Shown here one piece after another: positions 27,522 to 37,377 of a stretch of 64,000 nt of DNA. The stretch is from Candidatus Aldehydirespiratoraceae bacterium (GTDB taxonomy: Bacteria; Actinomycetota; Acidimicrobiia; Acidimicrobiales; Aldehydirespiratoraceae), in assembly GCA_965203375.1 (NCBI GenBank), contig OZ241886.1, positions 2,431,249 through 2,495,248 on the forward strand, written 5' to 3'. Made by a program: the position numbers and the translations under genes. Positions within the stretch are counted from its first letter, which is position 1; each line of letters begins with the position of its first letter. Under the pieces are notes generated by a model that saw nothing but the letters and a program-made list of their open reading frames with translations, did not search any database and had not been told where the DNA came from.

Positions 27522-29333
27522 TCACTCCTGGCTCAGCCAGACGCCCTGCAGCCAGATCCGGCCCTGGTTGTTGCAGAACAGCTCGTCGCCGTCGGGGCCC
27601 CTCTGGCCGCAGATGCCCCGGACGTTGTCGCGGGCGCCGACGGTCCAGTTGGCGTGGTTGAAGAAGATGTAGGTGTAGGAGTCCCGCATGTTCTCCTGGA
27701 CCTGGCGCCAGACCTCCACCCGCCGGTCGAGGTCGTCGCTGGACCGCTGCTCGAACATGAGCGCGTCCCGCTCCGGGTCGCAGTCGCGGGGCCAGTTGAT
27801 CGAGATGGGGCCGACGGTGGAGCACTGGAGCCACACCACGTCGTTGTCGGGGTCGGGCTCGCCGAACTGGCGCCAGGTGACCACGTTGTACTGGCCGGTG
27901 GCCACCTCGATGATGTGCTGGTCTTGGAGCAGCTCCTGTTGGGTGACGTTGAAGTAGTCCTCCCAACTGTCGCTCAGCAGGTCGGCGATGCGGGTCTGGA
28001 TCACCGAGGGGCCCGAGTACTGGAGCTCCACGTTGATCTTGCCGCCGGTGCAGTTCTCGGGGAAGTCGCCGCAGTATCCGGCCACCAGCGGGGCGGCCCT
28101 ATCTGGCTGGTTGGTCTCCTGCACCACGTCGGGGTTGTGCCAGATGAGGTCGGGGTGGAACATGGTGTCGGCGGCCGGGGCGGTGCCCTGGCGGATGAGC
28201 GACAGGTAGGCGTCCCGGTCGGTGGCGAAGGTGATGGCCTGGCGGGCCCGGATGTCGTCGAAGGGGGGCACCTGGACGTTCAGCATGGCGAACTCCTCGC
28301 TGGAGCGAAGGTTCTCGATGGTTCTCACCCCGTCGCCGCCCCTCAGGGTCAAGATGGCCTCGGAGCTGCTGGTGACCACCACGTCGAGATCGCCGGCGAT
28401 CAGGCGCTCGGAGGCCACGACCGAGTCGGTTATGGGGTAGATCTCGATGCGGTCCAGATAGGCGTCGACCATGTCGGCGGCCCAGTAGTCGGGGTTCTTC
28501 GCCAGCACCGTCGACTGGTCCTGGGTCCGGCTCTCGATCATGTAGGGCCCGGTGCCGATCGGCATCTGGTCGAGGCTGGGGTCCTCGGCCCGGAGGGCCA
28601 GCCACTCCGACGGGAGTATCTGGCCGAGCTGGCTGGTGAGGCTCTGGGGGAAGAAGGCGAAGGACCGGACGGGATTGAACTGCACCGTGTAGTCGTCGAT
28701 CTTCTCGATGGCGTCTTCCTTGAACACCCCGTCCACCGTGTAGGTGGGCCTCACCGCCAGGCTGACGACCAGGCTGGCGAGCTGGGCCTGGAAGGTGGCC
28801 ACCACGTCGTCGGCGTCGAGCTCGGTGCCGTCGTGGAAGCGGATCCCCTCCCGCAGCTTGAGCTGCCACGACGAGCCGTCGCCGATCTTGGTGAACGACT
28901 CGGCCAGGTGCGGCACCCAGTTGCCGTTGACGTCCCAGTAGGCCACCGGCTCGACGACCGGGAAGGTCATGACGTAGGCCGAGACGGCGAAGTTGTTGGC
29001 GGTGGGGTTCAGGCCGTCGGCTTCGGCCTCCACCCCCACCCGCAGGGTGCCCCCGAACTGGGGCGCCTCCTCGACCGGATCGGCCGGCTCGGCCGGCACC
29101 GTGTCGGTGGGCGCGGTCAGCTCGCCCGGGTCCTCCTCTTGGGTGGTGGTGGGTTCGGGCTCGGGTGCGGGGGCGGGGGCGGTTTCGGTGTCGCCCCCCA
29201 CTTCAGCCTGGCCCCCGCCGGGGTCGGGGGCGGTTTCGCCGTCGCCGCCGCCCCCGCAGGCCGCGGCGGCGAGCCCCAGCACGATCAGAGTGGCGGACAG
29301 CGCCGACCGGCTCGTTCGGTGAGATCGGATCAT
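27522..29333 (-). CDS. ABC transporter substrate-binding lipoprotein, family 5 (DppA/OppA-like)
   Basis: lipobox LGLAAAAC, then family-5 SBP sequence; long upstream ORF extension rejected. Confidence 0.8.
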   Translation of the reverse strand: MIRSHRTSRSALSATLIVLGLAAAACGGGGDGETAPDPGGGQAEVGGDTETAPAPAPEPEPTTTQEEDPGELTAPTDTVPAEPADPVEEAPQFGGTLRVGVEAEADGLNPTANNFAVSAYVMTFPVVEPVAYWDVNGNWVPHLAESFTKIGDGSSWQLKLREGIRFHDGTELDADDVVATFQAQLASLVVSLAVRPTYTVDGVFKEDAIEKIDDYTVQFNPVRSFAFFPQSLTSQLGQILPSEWLALRAEDPSLDQMPIGTGPYMIESRTQDQSTVLAKNPDYWAADMVDAYLDRIEIYPITDSVVASERLIAGDLDVVVTSSSEAILTLRGGDGVRTIENLRSSEEFAMLNVQVPPFDDIRARQAITFATDRDAYLSLIRQGTAPAADTMFHPDLIWHNPDVVQETNQPDRAAPLVAGYCGDFPENCTGGKINVELQYSGPSVIQTRIADLLSDSWEDYFNVTQQELLQDQHIIEVATGQYNVVTWRQFGEPDPDNDVVWLQCSTVGPISINWPRDCDPERDALMFEQRSSDDLDRRVEVWRQVQENMRDSYTYIFFNHANWTVGARDNVRGICGQRGPDGDELFCNNQGRIWLQGVWLSQE

Positions 29334-29560
29334 CGAGATGCACCCCCGAGGTGAGAGCTTCCGGGAGCGGGGCCGCGGGTCCCGAGGGGGCCGCGCCGCC
29401 GCCGCTCGCCGTTGGTGGATGCCACCACTTTGGCCGCAAAAAGCGCCGCCCGCCACTCCCACCGACCAGCTTTCTTGCGGCAGCCCTCTCCGTGGCAGCT
29501 CAGCCCGTGGCCAGAGCGAGGACTAGCACCACCGTGGACGAGGATTCGCTGGCCGTGGCG

Positions 29561-30308
29561 TCAGGGGTGCTGGCTGCTGACCGACACTGCCTCGCCGGTC
29601 ATGTAGCCGGACAGGTCGCTGGCCAAGAACACCATCACGTTGGCCACCTCCCAGGGCTCGGCCGCCCGCCCGAAGGGCTCCAGGGCGGCCAGCTCCTCCA
29701 GCTTGGCGGGGTCCATCACCCGGTCCAGGAACGGGTGGCGGGCCAGGCTGGGGGCCACGCAGTTGACCCGGACGCCGTGCTCGGCCGCCTCGGCCGCCGC
29801 GCAGCGGGTTAGGGCCATCACCCCGGCCTTGGCCGCGGCGTAGTGGGCCTGCTCGGGCTGGGCCCGCCAGCCCAGCACCGAGGCGTTGTTGACGATGGCT
29901 CCCCCGCGGCCCTGGTCGATGAGCAGGCGCAGCGCGGCCCGGGTGCAGCGCATGGTCCCCTCCAGGGTGACGCCGACCACGGCCGACCACTGCTCGTCGG
30001 TCATGTCCACCAGCCGGACCGAGCCTCCCAGCCCGGCGTTGTTGACCATCACGTCGAGGCCGCCCAGCTCGGCGGCGGCCGCGGCCATCAGCGCCTGCAC
30101 CTGGGCCTCGACCGTCACGTCGCACAGGGCGGCGGCGGGGCGCGACCCGGTGGCGGCCTCGAGCTGGTCGGCGGCTTCGTGCAGCCGGCGCTCGTGGATG
30201 TCGGAGATCAGCACCCGGGCCCCCTCCAGCAGAGCCCGGCGGGCGACGGCCGAGCCGATGCCCGCGCCGGCCGCGGCGGTGACCACCACCCGCTTGTCCT
30301 CCAGCAGG
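29561..30308 (-). CDS. SDR family oxidoreductase (start codon unresolved, no canonical start near LLEDKRVVVT)
   Basis: VVVTAAAGAGIGSAV Rossmann motif, NNAG, Y..AK; nearest in-frame candidate is a CTG. Confidence 0.6.
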
Positions 30309-30342
30309 CCCCGCCCCGGCGGCTCCGCGGGCAGTGGTTCGG

Positions 30343-31269
30343 TCAGGACCCGCCCCCGGAGGTCTCGGCCTGGGCGGACATGCGGCGCTCCAAGTCGACG
30401 ACGAAGGGGTGGGGCTCCTGGCCGACGGCGCCCGGGAGCATCTCGGCTATCTCCGCCGGGGTCCAGCGGTCGCCCGGCGCCCACATCGACCGCAGTTCGG
30501 CCGGCTGGTTCCACACCGAGATCCGCCGTCCCACCACGGTGTAGATCTGGGCGTTGACATCGCGGCCGGCGTCGCTCATCAGATAGACGGCCATGGGGGC
30601 CACGTCGGCGGGGTCGCCGGTCTCGATCTCGAAGGGCACGTTCTCGCTCATGCGGGTGCGGGCCACCGGGGCGATGCAGTTGGCGTTGATGGGCGGGCCG
30701 CCCCGCAGCCTCAGGCTGGCGGCCAGCAGGGCGGCCGAGCGGGTGAGGCTCACCACCCCGCCCTTGGCCGCGGCGTAGTTGGCCTGGGCCACCGAGGCCA
30801 CGAACGCCCCCGAGGCGAAGCCCACCAGCGACCCGCCGGCGGGCTGCTTGCGCATCCGGGCCAGCCCGGCCCGGTAGAGGTTGAAGTGGCCCTTGAGGTG
30901 GACGGCCACCACGTGGTCCCACTCCTGTTCGGCCATGTTGAACAGCATCCGCTCCCGCAGCACCCCGGCCGGGCAGGCGATCCCGTCGATGGCGCCCCAG
31001 TTGTCGCAGGCCGCGGCCACGATCTCCTCCCCCACCCCGAAGACCGAGACGTCGCCGGCCACGGCCACCGCCTCGCCCCCGGCCGCGGCGATCTCGTCGG
31101 CCACCTGCTGGGCCCGCTCACTCGACGGGTTGGACCCGTCGAGGTCCACCCCGTAGTCGGCCACCACCACGTTGGCCCCCTCGGCCGCGCAGGCCAGCGA
31201 AACGGCCCGGCCGATGCCGCTGCCGCCGCCGGTCACGGCGATGCTCTTGCCCTCGAGGTGCCCGCTCAT
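30343..31269 (-). CDS. SDR family oxidoreductase
   Basis: ATG at 31269 (MSGHLEGKSIAVTGGGSGIGRAV); Y..AK catalytic pair. Confidence 0.75.
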   Translation of the reverse strand: MSGHLEGKSIAVTGGGSGIGRAVSLACAAEGANVVVADYGVDLDGSNPSSERAQQVADEIAAAGGEAVAVAGDVSVFGVGEEIVAAACDNWGAIDGIACPAGVLRERMLFNMAEQEWDHVVAVHLKGHFNLYRAGLARMRKQPAGGSLVGFASGAFVASVAQANYAAAKGGVVSLTRSAALLAASLRLRGGPPINANCIAPVARTRMSENVPFEIETGDPADVAPMAVYLMSDAGRDVNAQIYTVVGRRISVWNQPAELRSMWAPGDRWTPAEIAEMLPGAVGQEPHPFVVDLERRMSAQAETSGGGS

Positions 31270-31316
31270 CCGAACCACCGGCGCCGTACGGCCAGCCAGC
31301 CGATCAGCGGCGGCGC

Positions 31317-32684
31317 TCAGTCGGCGGCGTCTTGGGCAACCAGATCGTCGGCCCGGGCCCCGGCCGGGTGTCGGGCGGACGCAGACCGCTGCACACCCTG
31401 GCCGGCGCCCCCTCGGTTGCGCAGGGAGGCGAGGAGGTCCACGCCGGTGGCGGCCTCGATCTGCTCGGTCATCGACACCAGCGAGGCCGGGAGCTGGCTC
31501 AGCAGCCCGGGGATGCCCCCGGCCGACCCGCCGCCGTTGCCGCCGGACGATCCGGCGCCGCTGTCCACCACCGCCACCCGGTCGATGCTCACGCCCTGCA
31601 CCGTGGCCACGATCTTGTCGACCAGCTCGGGCAGCATGTTGAGCACCAGCAGGTCGTGGCCGTCCGCGCCGGCGGCCTGGTACTGCTCGGTGAGGCGGCG
31701 GAACACCTCGACCTGGGCCTTGCCGTCCTCGACGATCCGGGCCGCGTCGGCTTGGGCCTGGAGCTGGCGGGCCTCGAGATCGGCCCGGGCGGGGATGACC
31801 ACGTCGGCCTCCACCCGGCGCTTCTCCAGCTCGATGCGCTCCTGCTCGAGCTGCTGGCTGGCCACCGCCTTGGCCGTCTCGCCGGCCACCAGCGCCTCCT
31901 CCTCCCGGGCCTTGGAGATGGCCTCCAGCTCGGCGGTGCGCACCCGCAGGGCGTTCTGCTCCTCGACGATGGCCTTGTCGGCCTCGATGGTGGCCACCTG
32001 GGCGGCCCGCCGGGCCTCGGCCTCGGCCTGCTCGGACTCGGAGGTGCGGTTGGCCTCGGCCACCCTGGCGTCCTTCACCACCTCGGCGGTGAGCCGCCGC
32101 CCCACCGACTCCAGGTAGTTCACGTCGTCGGTGACGTTCTGGATCTTCAGCACGTCCAGCTCCAGGCCCAGGGTCTTGATGTCGTCGTCGGCCTCGTCGA
32201 TGAGCTGCTGGCTGAACTTGAGCCGGTCCTCGTTCACCTCTTCGGGCGACAGGGTGGCCAGCACGCCGCGGAGGTTGGCCTCGAGGGTCTCCTTGGCGAT
32301 CTGGCCGATGGCCTGGTGCGGGACGTTCAGGAACCGCTCGGCCGCGTTCTCCAGCAGGCTCTCGGTGCTCGACACCTTCACGTTGGCGATGCCCTGGACG
32401 TTGAGTGGGATGGTGCCCCTGGAGTAGGCGTTTGACACCGAGACCTCCAGCGGGATGGTGTTGAGGTCCATCCACGAAACCTTCTCGATGATGGGGATGC
32501 GCATGGTCCGGCCCCCCCGCAGGACGCGGTAGCCGACCAGCCGACCGTCGGACAGCGCCCGCTTGCGGCCGGAGATCACCGCCACCCGGTTGGGGGGGCA
32601 GATGATGATCAGCCGCTTGATGATCAACACGATGAAGATCACGATCAGGGCCAGGATCAGCCCCAGCGTTGTTGGAGTGTTCAC
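31317..32684 (-). CDS. flotillin/SPFH (band 7) family protein
   Basis: N-terminal TM, SPFH domain, long Ala/Glu-rich coiled coil. Confidence 0.85.
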   Translation of the reverse strand: MNTPTTLGLILALIVIFIVLIIKRLIIICPPNRVAVISGRKRALSDGRLVGYRVLRGGRTMRIPIIEKVSWMDLNTIPLEVSVSNAYSRGTIPLNVQGIANVKVSSTESLLENAAERFLNVPHQAIGQIAKETLEANLRGVLATLSPEEVNEDRLKFSQQLIDEADDDIKTLGLELDVLKIQNVTDDVNYLESVGRRLTAEVVKDARVAEANRTSESEQAEAEARRAAQVATIEADKAIVEEQNALRVRTAELEAISKAREEEALVAGETAKAVASQQLEQERIELEKRRVEADVVIPARADLEARQLQAQADAARIVEDGKAQVEVFRRLTEQYQAAGADGHDLLVLNMLPELVDKIVATVQGVSIDRVAVVDSGAGSSGGNGGGSAGGIPGLLSQLPASLVSMTEQIEAATGVDLLASLRNRGGAGQGVQRSASARHPAGARADDLVAQDAAD

Positions 32685-32763
32685 GTTGATGTCCTCGCTT
32701 TCATTCCTCGAGCTCGTTGTCGGCTCTCGTTCTTCGAGCGCTTTCGAGTCCTCATTCCCCGAG

Positions 32764-33324
32764 CTATTCCTCGAGCTCGTTCATGCCCTCGAGCTCGGGG
32801 GCCAGCCGGGTCACCAGCGCGACGCCGTCCTTGACCCCCACCACGATGACCCGGGCGCCCGCCTCGATCTCGCCGCCCTCGCCCTCGTCGACGGGGGCGG
32901 CGGTCATCCGGGCCTGCGACCCGCCGACGTCGAGCACGATCCGGCCCCGGTGTACCGATGAGACGGGCAGGGCCACCCGGGCGATGGTCCCCTCCAGCTC
33001 CTTGTCGGTCACCTCGCTGGACACCTCGGTGCGGCGGAGCCAGGCGAACACGGTGCTGTTGAGGACGCCGGCCACCACCCCGACGGCCAGGGCCAGGCCC
33101 AGCGCGGTCACCGGCCCCGAGCCGGCCCAGCGGGTCAGCAGCCCGGTGACGCCGAAGAAGGTGAGCACGAAGGCCAGGGTGCTCAAGGGGATGACCGACA
33201 TGACTCCGCCGCCGTCGCCGTCGGCGTCGGCGTTGCCGCCCAGGTCGGCGTCTCCCCCGCTGAAGGCGAACCACACCAGCAGCGGGGCCCCGGCCATCAG
33301 CGCGAAGAGGAACAGCCCGTTCAC
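32764..33324 (-). CDS. NfeD-like membrane protein (flotillin partner)
   Basis: TM helices plus C-terminal OB-like domain, immediately upstream of flotillin; GTG start after AGGAGA. Confidence 0.6.
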   Translation of the reverse strand: MNGLFLFALMAGAPLLVWFAFSGGDADLGGNADADGDGGGVMSVIPLSTLAFVLTFFGVTGLLTRWAGSGPVTALGLALAVGVVAGVLNSTVFAWLRRTEVSSEVTDKELEGTIARVALPVSSVHRGRIVLDVGGSQARMTAAPVDEGEGGEIEAGARVIVVGVKDGVALVTRLAPELEGMNELEE

Positions 33325-33367
33325 TCTCCTGAAGCTAGTGTCTGGCCGTGGATTCTGCTCGCCCAGT

Positions 33368-33505
33368 GCCTGAGTTCTCTGCTGTCTTCGGACTCGCCGT
33401 CCCGAGGCGGCGCCGTGAGTTCTCCGTGAGCCCCAGCCCCGTCGTCCCGGGGCGGCGCCGTGAGTCGTCGGTGGGCTTCGGACTCGCTTACCCGGCGGCG
33501 GCGCC
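33368..33505. repeat. ~46-bp imperfect tandem repeats (x3-4) each containing GTGAGT, running into the cyclase start codon
   Basis: units at 33370, 33415, 33460, 33506. Confidence 0.6.
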
Positions 33506-33509
33506 GTGA
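33426..33509 (+). CDS. candidate upstream mini-ORF (27 codons) whose TGA overlaps the cyclase GTG
   Basis: GTG 33426 ... TGA 33507-33509; preceded by a 4-codon ORF (33415-33429) with the same GTGA overlap. Confidence 0.3.
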   Translation: MSPSPVVPGRRRESSVGFGLAYPAAAP

Positions 33510-34468
33510 GTTTCAGCCCGGCTTTCTTCGAGGTCAGGGACCGGGTCCGCAACTGGGGGCGGTGGGGGGACGACGACCGGCTCGGCACCTTGAACCTGAT
33601 CGACGACGCGGCGGTGGCCCATGCCGCCTCGCTGGTGCGGTCCGGGCGGCGGGTGTCGTGCGCCCTGGAACTGAAGCACGAGGGCGGGGTGCAGATCGGG
33701 CAGATGCACGGCCGGATCAACCCGCTGCACGCCATGGTGAAGATCGACAGCCCCGACCTCGGCGACCCCGACGGCAAGGGGCTGGTCGCCCACTTCTCCG
33801 ACGACATCGTGACCATGGCTCTGCAGGCCGCCACCCACTGGGACGGGCTGTCCCACGTGAGCTACGAGCACACCCTCTACAACGGGGTGTCGGTCGACAC
33901 CATCACCGCGGTGGGCGGGGCCACGGTGCTGGGCATCGAGAACGTCCGCTGGCTGACCGGGCGGGGCGTGCTGCTGGACGTGGCCGCGGCCCGGGGGGTG
34001 GAGCGGCTGCCCAGCGACTGCGAGGTCACCGGGGCCGACCTCGACGAGGCGGCGGAGTTCGGGGGGGTGGAGATGCGGCCGGGCGACATCGTGCTGCTGC
34101 GGACCGGGCGGATGCAGGTGTTCCGCGAGATGGGGGCCACGGAGTACGTCGCCGGCCCCGACCGCGACGGCACCAGCCCCGGGCCGGGCCTGGACGCGGT
34201 GGAGTGGTTCCACCGCCGCGACGTGGCCGCCGTGGCCAACGACACCTACATCTTCGAGGCGTTCCCCGGCCCCAGATGGGACGACGCCCTGGCCGTTCAC
34301 TGCCTGCACGTGGTGGACATGGGCATGACCCAGGGCCAGAACTGGGACCTGGAGGAGCTGTCGGCAGCCTGCGCGGCCGAGGGCCGCTACGAGTTCCTGT
34401 TGGCCGCCAACCCCGAGCCGTTCGTCGGCGGCTGCGGCTCCCCAGTCAACCCGGTGGCGATCTTCTAA
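33506..34468 (+). CDS. cyclase family protein (kynurenine-formamidase-like fold)
   Basis: cyclase family (PF04199)-like sequence with His-rich metal-site residues; GTG start. Confidence 0.75.
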   Translation: MSFSPAFFEVRDRVRNWGRWGDDDRLGTLNLIDDAAVAHAASLVRSGRRVSCALELKHEGGVQIGQMHGRINPLHAMVKIDSPDLGDPDGKGLVAHFSDDIVTMALQAATHWDGLSHVSYEHTLYNGVSVDTITAVGGATVLGIENVRWLTGRGVLLDVAAARGVERLPSDCEVTGADLDEAAEFGGVEMRPGDIVLLRTGRMQVFREMGATEYVAGPDRDGTSPGPGLDAVEWFHRRDVAAVANDTYIFEAFPGPRWDDALAVHCLHVVDMGMTQGQNWDLEELSAACAAEGRYEFLLAANPEPFVGGCGSPVNPVAIF

Positions 34469-34617
34469 CCAGAGGTTGTTTCGGCGACGGGCTCGGCCGC
34501 CGACTCGCAGCTCGACCGCAGTCTCCTCGTGTCCGACCCACAGTGTCCGCCGAGTGGTGGGCTTTGCGGTAGCCGCAGGGGTCCGCCCCGAGTGGGCCAT
34601 CGGCGAGGTGTACGCTG

Positions 34618-35844
34618 GTGACAATGGGGGGAGGAGCCATCGGTGCCCAGATCCGGGGGCTGAGGGAGGCTGTGGGTTGCGAGCGATCGGCTCTGGCTGA
34701 GGCGCTGGGGCTCGATCCCGCCGAGATGGCGGAGATGGAGTTCGGCCGCCGGGCTGTCCGGGCGGAGGATGTCGCGGCCGCTGCTGAGTTCTTGGGCGTC
34801 TCACAACTGGCGATCCTGCAGCCGGGGTCGCTGCTCGGACGGCTCGCGGTGGCTGCCCGCACGAACGGTCACGGTGAACCGGACCGGGGGGCGGTGATGC
34901 GCCTGACGGCTCTGGCGGAACTGAGCCATGTGCTGACCCAAGGCGGCCACCCCCCTCCTCTTGCCCCGTCCGGCACCGACGGGGCACCTGAGGGTAAGCC
35001 GGGCCAGTCGTGGCTGAGCCGCGCTCGCGACCTGGCCGAATGGGCCGTCGGGCAGTTCGGCTCAGGTTGGAGGCAGGGCCACCCGCTGCCCGATCTGGCC
35101 GAAGCCATAGAGGACAGCCTGAGCGTTGATGTGATGGTGGAGGGCCTCGGCGGCACCGGGGCGCCGCTAGGCGTTTCCATAACCGACGCGGATTTCCCCT
35201 TCATCATGGTCAACGCCGATCAGCCCACCCCTCGGGCGCTGTTCTCCCTGGCCCACGAGTTGGGCCACGTTTTGAGCCGAGACGGCTACGCGCTGCGAAT
35301 CGACAACCACTTTCGGGCGCCCAACGACAGCGAACGGGCAGCCAACGCCTTCGCCGCCAGCCTGCTGATGCCCGAGGACGACGTGCGCCGCACCGTCGCC
35401 CAGCACGGTCGCACTGCCGAGTCTTTGGCCCGGATGCTCATTGACTTCGGTGTGAGCTATGAGTCGCTCATCTACCGGTTGCACAATCTGAGACTCATCA
35501 ACGCCAACGGCCGAGACCGTCTCAAAGCCGTGGGCTGGGCTGGCCTCATGAACGCCGTCAACGACGCCGGTGTCACCAAAGCGTTGCTCTCTGCTCGGGG
35601 CACTCGACCGGCGCGACGGCCTCCCATCCTGCTGGCGAGGCGATGTCTGCGCGGAGCGCTGGACGGAACGGTGAGCGCGGCCCCGCTGGCAAGGCTGCTC
35701 AACGCCGACATCGACGAAATAATCGACAAGATCGACTCGATAGGACCTGAATCCGCTGCCGCGATCAACGATAACTACTCGTCGCCACCCGATCCTGACG
35801 ATGTCGCCCACTCGGCTTTAGACGACGATCCCTTAGCCGTGTAG
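34618..35844 (+). CDS. XRE-family HTH fused to ImmA/IrrE-family zinc metallopeptidase
   Basis: HTH region IRGLREAVGCERSALAEALGL...; HEXXH as LAHELGHVL. Confidence 0.8.
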   Translation: MTMGGGAIGAQIRGLREAVGCERSALAEALGLDPAEMAEMEFGRRAVRAEDVAAAAEFLGVSQLAILQPGSLLGRLAVAARTNGHGEPDRGAVMRLTALAELSHVLTQGGHPPPLAPSGTDGAPEGKPGQSWLSRARDLAEWAVGQFGSGWRQGHPLPDLAEAIEDSLSVDVMVEGLGGTGAPLGVSITDADFPFIMVNADQPTPRALFSLAHELGHVLSRDGYALRIDNHFRAPNDSERAANAFAASLLMPEDDVRRTVAQHGRTAESLARMLIDFGVSYESLIYRLHNLRLINANGRDRLKAVGWAGLMNAVNDAGVTKALLSARGTRPARRPPILLARRCLRGALDGTVSAAPLARLLNADIDEIIDKIDSIGPESAAAINDNYSSPPDPDDVAHSALDDDPLAV

Positions 35845-35860
35845 GCCCGATCGGGCTTCG

Positions 35861-36424
35861 GTGGCGACGATGAAACCGGTGCTGCACGACGCGGTCACCT
35901 TGCGCCACTTTGCCGCTGTATCTAGAATCGATATTCTAGAAGCCCGGCACGGACAACGGCCGCCGCCTCTGTGGGCAGAAGCCGTGCATGAAGAAATACG
36001 ATCTGGCGTGGAAGCGGGCAACGCATACTGTTCTGATGTGCTTGAAGCCTCATGGCTTGGGAACCCTGCGCCTGTGCAAGAAGCCGACTTAGAGCCTATC
36101 TTCTTCTTACAGGTGGGCATAAATCAAGGTATCTATCCTCCCGATATGAAGCGTAACCGAGGAGAGGCAGAAAGCATCTATTTTGCTGAAAGACACGACG
36201 GACAATTCGCCACTGACGACAACGCGGCTTACAAGTTCGCCTGTCGGCGGCCTTCACTCGGCCCTGGCAGAGTGATCGACTCCATCGACATCTTAAGAAC
36301 CGCCGTCGCCCTAGGAGAGATCACCGCGACTGACGCCTTCACCGTCGCTGAAAACATAGAAGCAGAAGGGCGATTCTTCCGACCAGAACATCGCATCCCC
36401 AGAAAACCCAGCTACTTCACCTAA
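35861..36424 (+). CDS. hypothetical protein, possible PIN-like nuclease partner of ImmA/IrrE (DUF4411-like)
   Basis: 17 bp downstream of the ImmA/IrrE gene; low GC; N-terminal VLHDAVTLRHF strand and later acidic residues are compatible with a PIN fold; fold assignment is inference. Confidence 0.5.
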   Translation: MATMKPVLHDAVTLRHFAAVSRIDILEARHGQRPPPLWAEAVHEEIRSGVEAGNAYCSDVLEASWLGNPAPVQEADLEPIFFLQVGINQGIYPPDMKRNRGEAESIYFAERHDGQFATDDNAAYKFACRRPSLGPGRVIDSIDILRTAVALGEITATDAFTVAENIEAEGRFFRPEHRIPRKPSYFT

Positions 36425-37377
36425 GAGCATGCGCGGATTGCTCAGGGGTTTGGGTTCCAGCGGTTGCGGTGGTTGATGAGTTTGGCGGTGAGGATGCAGG
36501 CGATGGCGAGGGCGAGTTGGGCTCGTCGGTGGTGGGGACGGCGGTCGGTGTTGCGTCGGAGTTGCCCGAAGTTCGACAGCCATGAGTTGGTGCGTTCGAT
36601 GCTCCAGCGCCGGCCGAGGGGCACGGGCCGGGGCCCGGCGGCGCCTGGGGAGCGTCTTTGGGGGCAGGCGACGTCGGCGATGCCCGCGTCGGCGCACAGG
36701 CGGCGCGCAGTGGCGCTGTCATAGCCGCGGTCTAGGTGCAGGGTCTCGATGCCCTGGAGCAGTCCCCGCCGGCCGGCGGCTCGCAGGGTGGGTTCCAGCA
36801 GGGTCAGGTCACAGCGGTTGGCGCCGTCGAGCGCGGCTACGGCCGGTATGCCCCAACGGTCGGTCAAAAGCGACCACTTGAACCCGAGTTTGCCCCTGTC
36901 AACAGGGCTTTTGCCGGTTCCTTCGCCTCCGCAGGGGGCCTTGTGGATTGACCCGTCGATGCAGGCTTCGGTCAGGTCCAGCCCCACGATGCGGTCATAG
37001 GCCTCGACGGCTTCGTCTTCGAGGTCCTCGAACACCCCCGCGGCGATCCATTCGTCGCGGCGGGCCCGCATGGTGGTGTCAGACACCCGGCCCCCCAACA
37101 GCTTCTCCGCGGTGACCCATGAGCAGCCGGTGACCAGCCGGGTGAGCATCCCCCAAAAACAGATCCGGTCCGGGATCCGCGGCCTGTGCCCCCGGGTTGA
37201 GGGTCTCTGTGCCCGGACCGGGACCCGGGACTTGATCGCGGCCCACACCGCATCCACCACCTCAGGAACCAACGCGCGCATGATGTAGCCGGCCTCCACG
37301 GTCGTCTTGTTGCTGACACCCCGACATACAAGCCGGGACAACCAGACGACCCGTGGATGGTCAATCCGCGCGCGCTC
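36425..37377. mobile_element. IS5-family insertion sequence (IS1031-like), intact
   Basis: 16-bp terminal inverted repeats GAGCATGCGCGGATTG / CAATCCGCGCGCGCTC with 14/16 matches; 3-bp TAA direct repeats at 36422-36424 and 37378-37380. Confidence 0.8.
36442..37281 (-). CDS. IS5-family DDE transposase
   Basis: HLDRGYDS and RWSIERTNSWL motifs; ~280 aa single ORF. Confidence 0.8.
   Translation of the reverse strand: MRALVPEVVDAVWAAIKSRVPVRAQRPSTRGHRPRIPDRICFWGMLTRLVTGCSWVTAEKLLGGRVSDTTMRARRDEWIAAGVFEDLEDEAVEAYDRIVGLDLTEACIDGSIHKAPCGGEGTGKSPVDRGKLGFKWSLLTDRWGIPAVAALDGANRCDLTLLEPTLRAAGRRGLLQGIETLHLDRGYDSATARRLCADAGIADVACPQRRSPGAAGPRPVPLGRRWSIERTNSWLSNFGQLRRNTDRRPHHRRAQLALAIACILTAKLINHRNRWNPNP

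Noticed and set aside
36464-37364. ORFs antisense or alternate-frame within the IS element (36464..36724+, 36582..36881+, 36972..37364-)
   Set aside because: The transposase ORF with DDE-family motifs explains the coding capacity.
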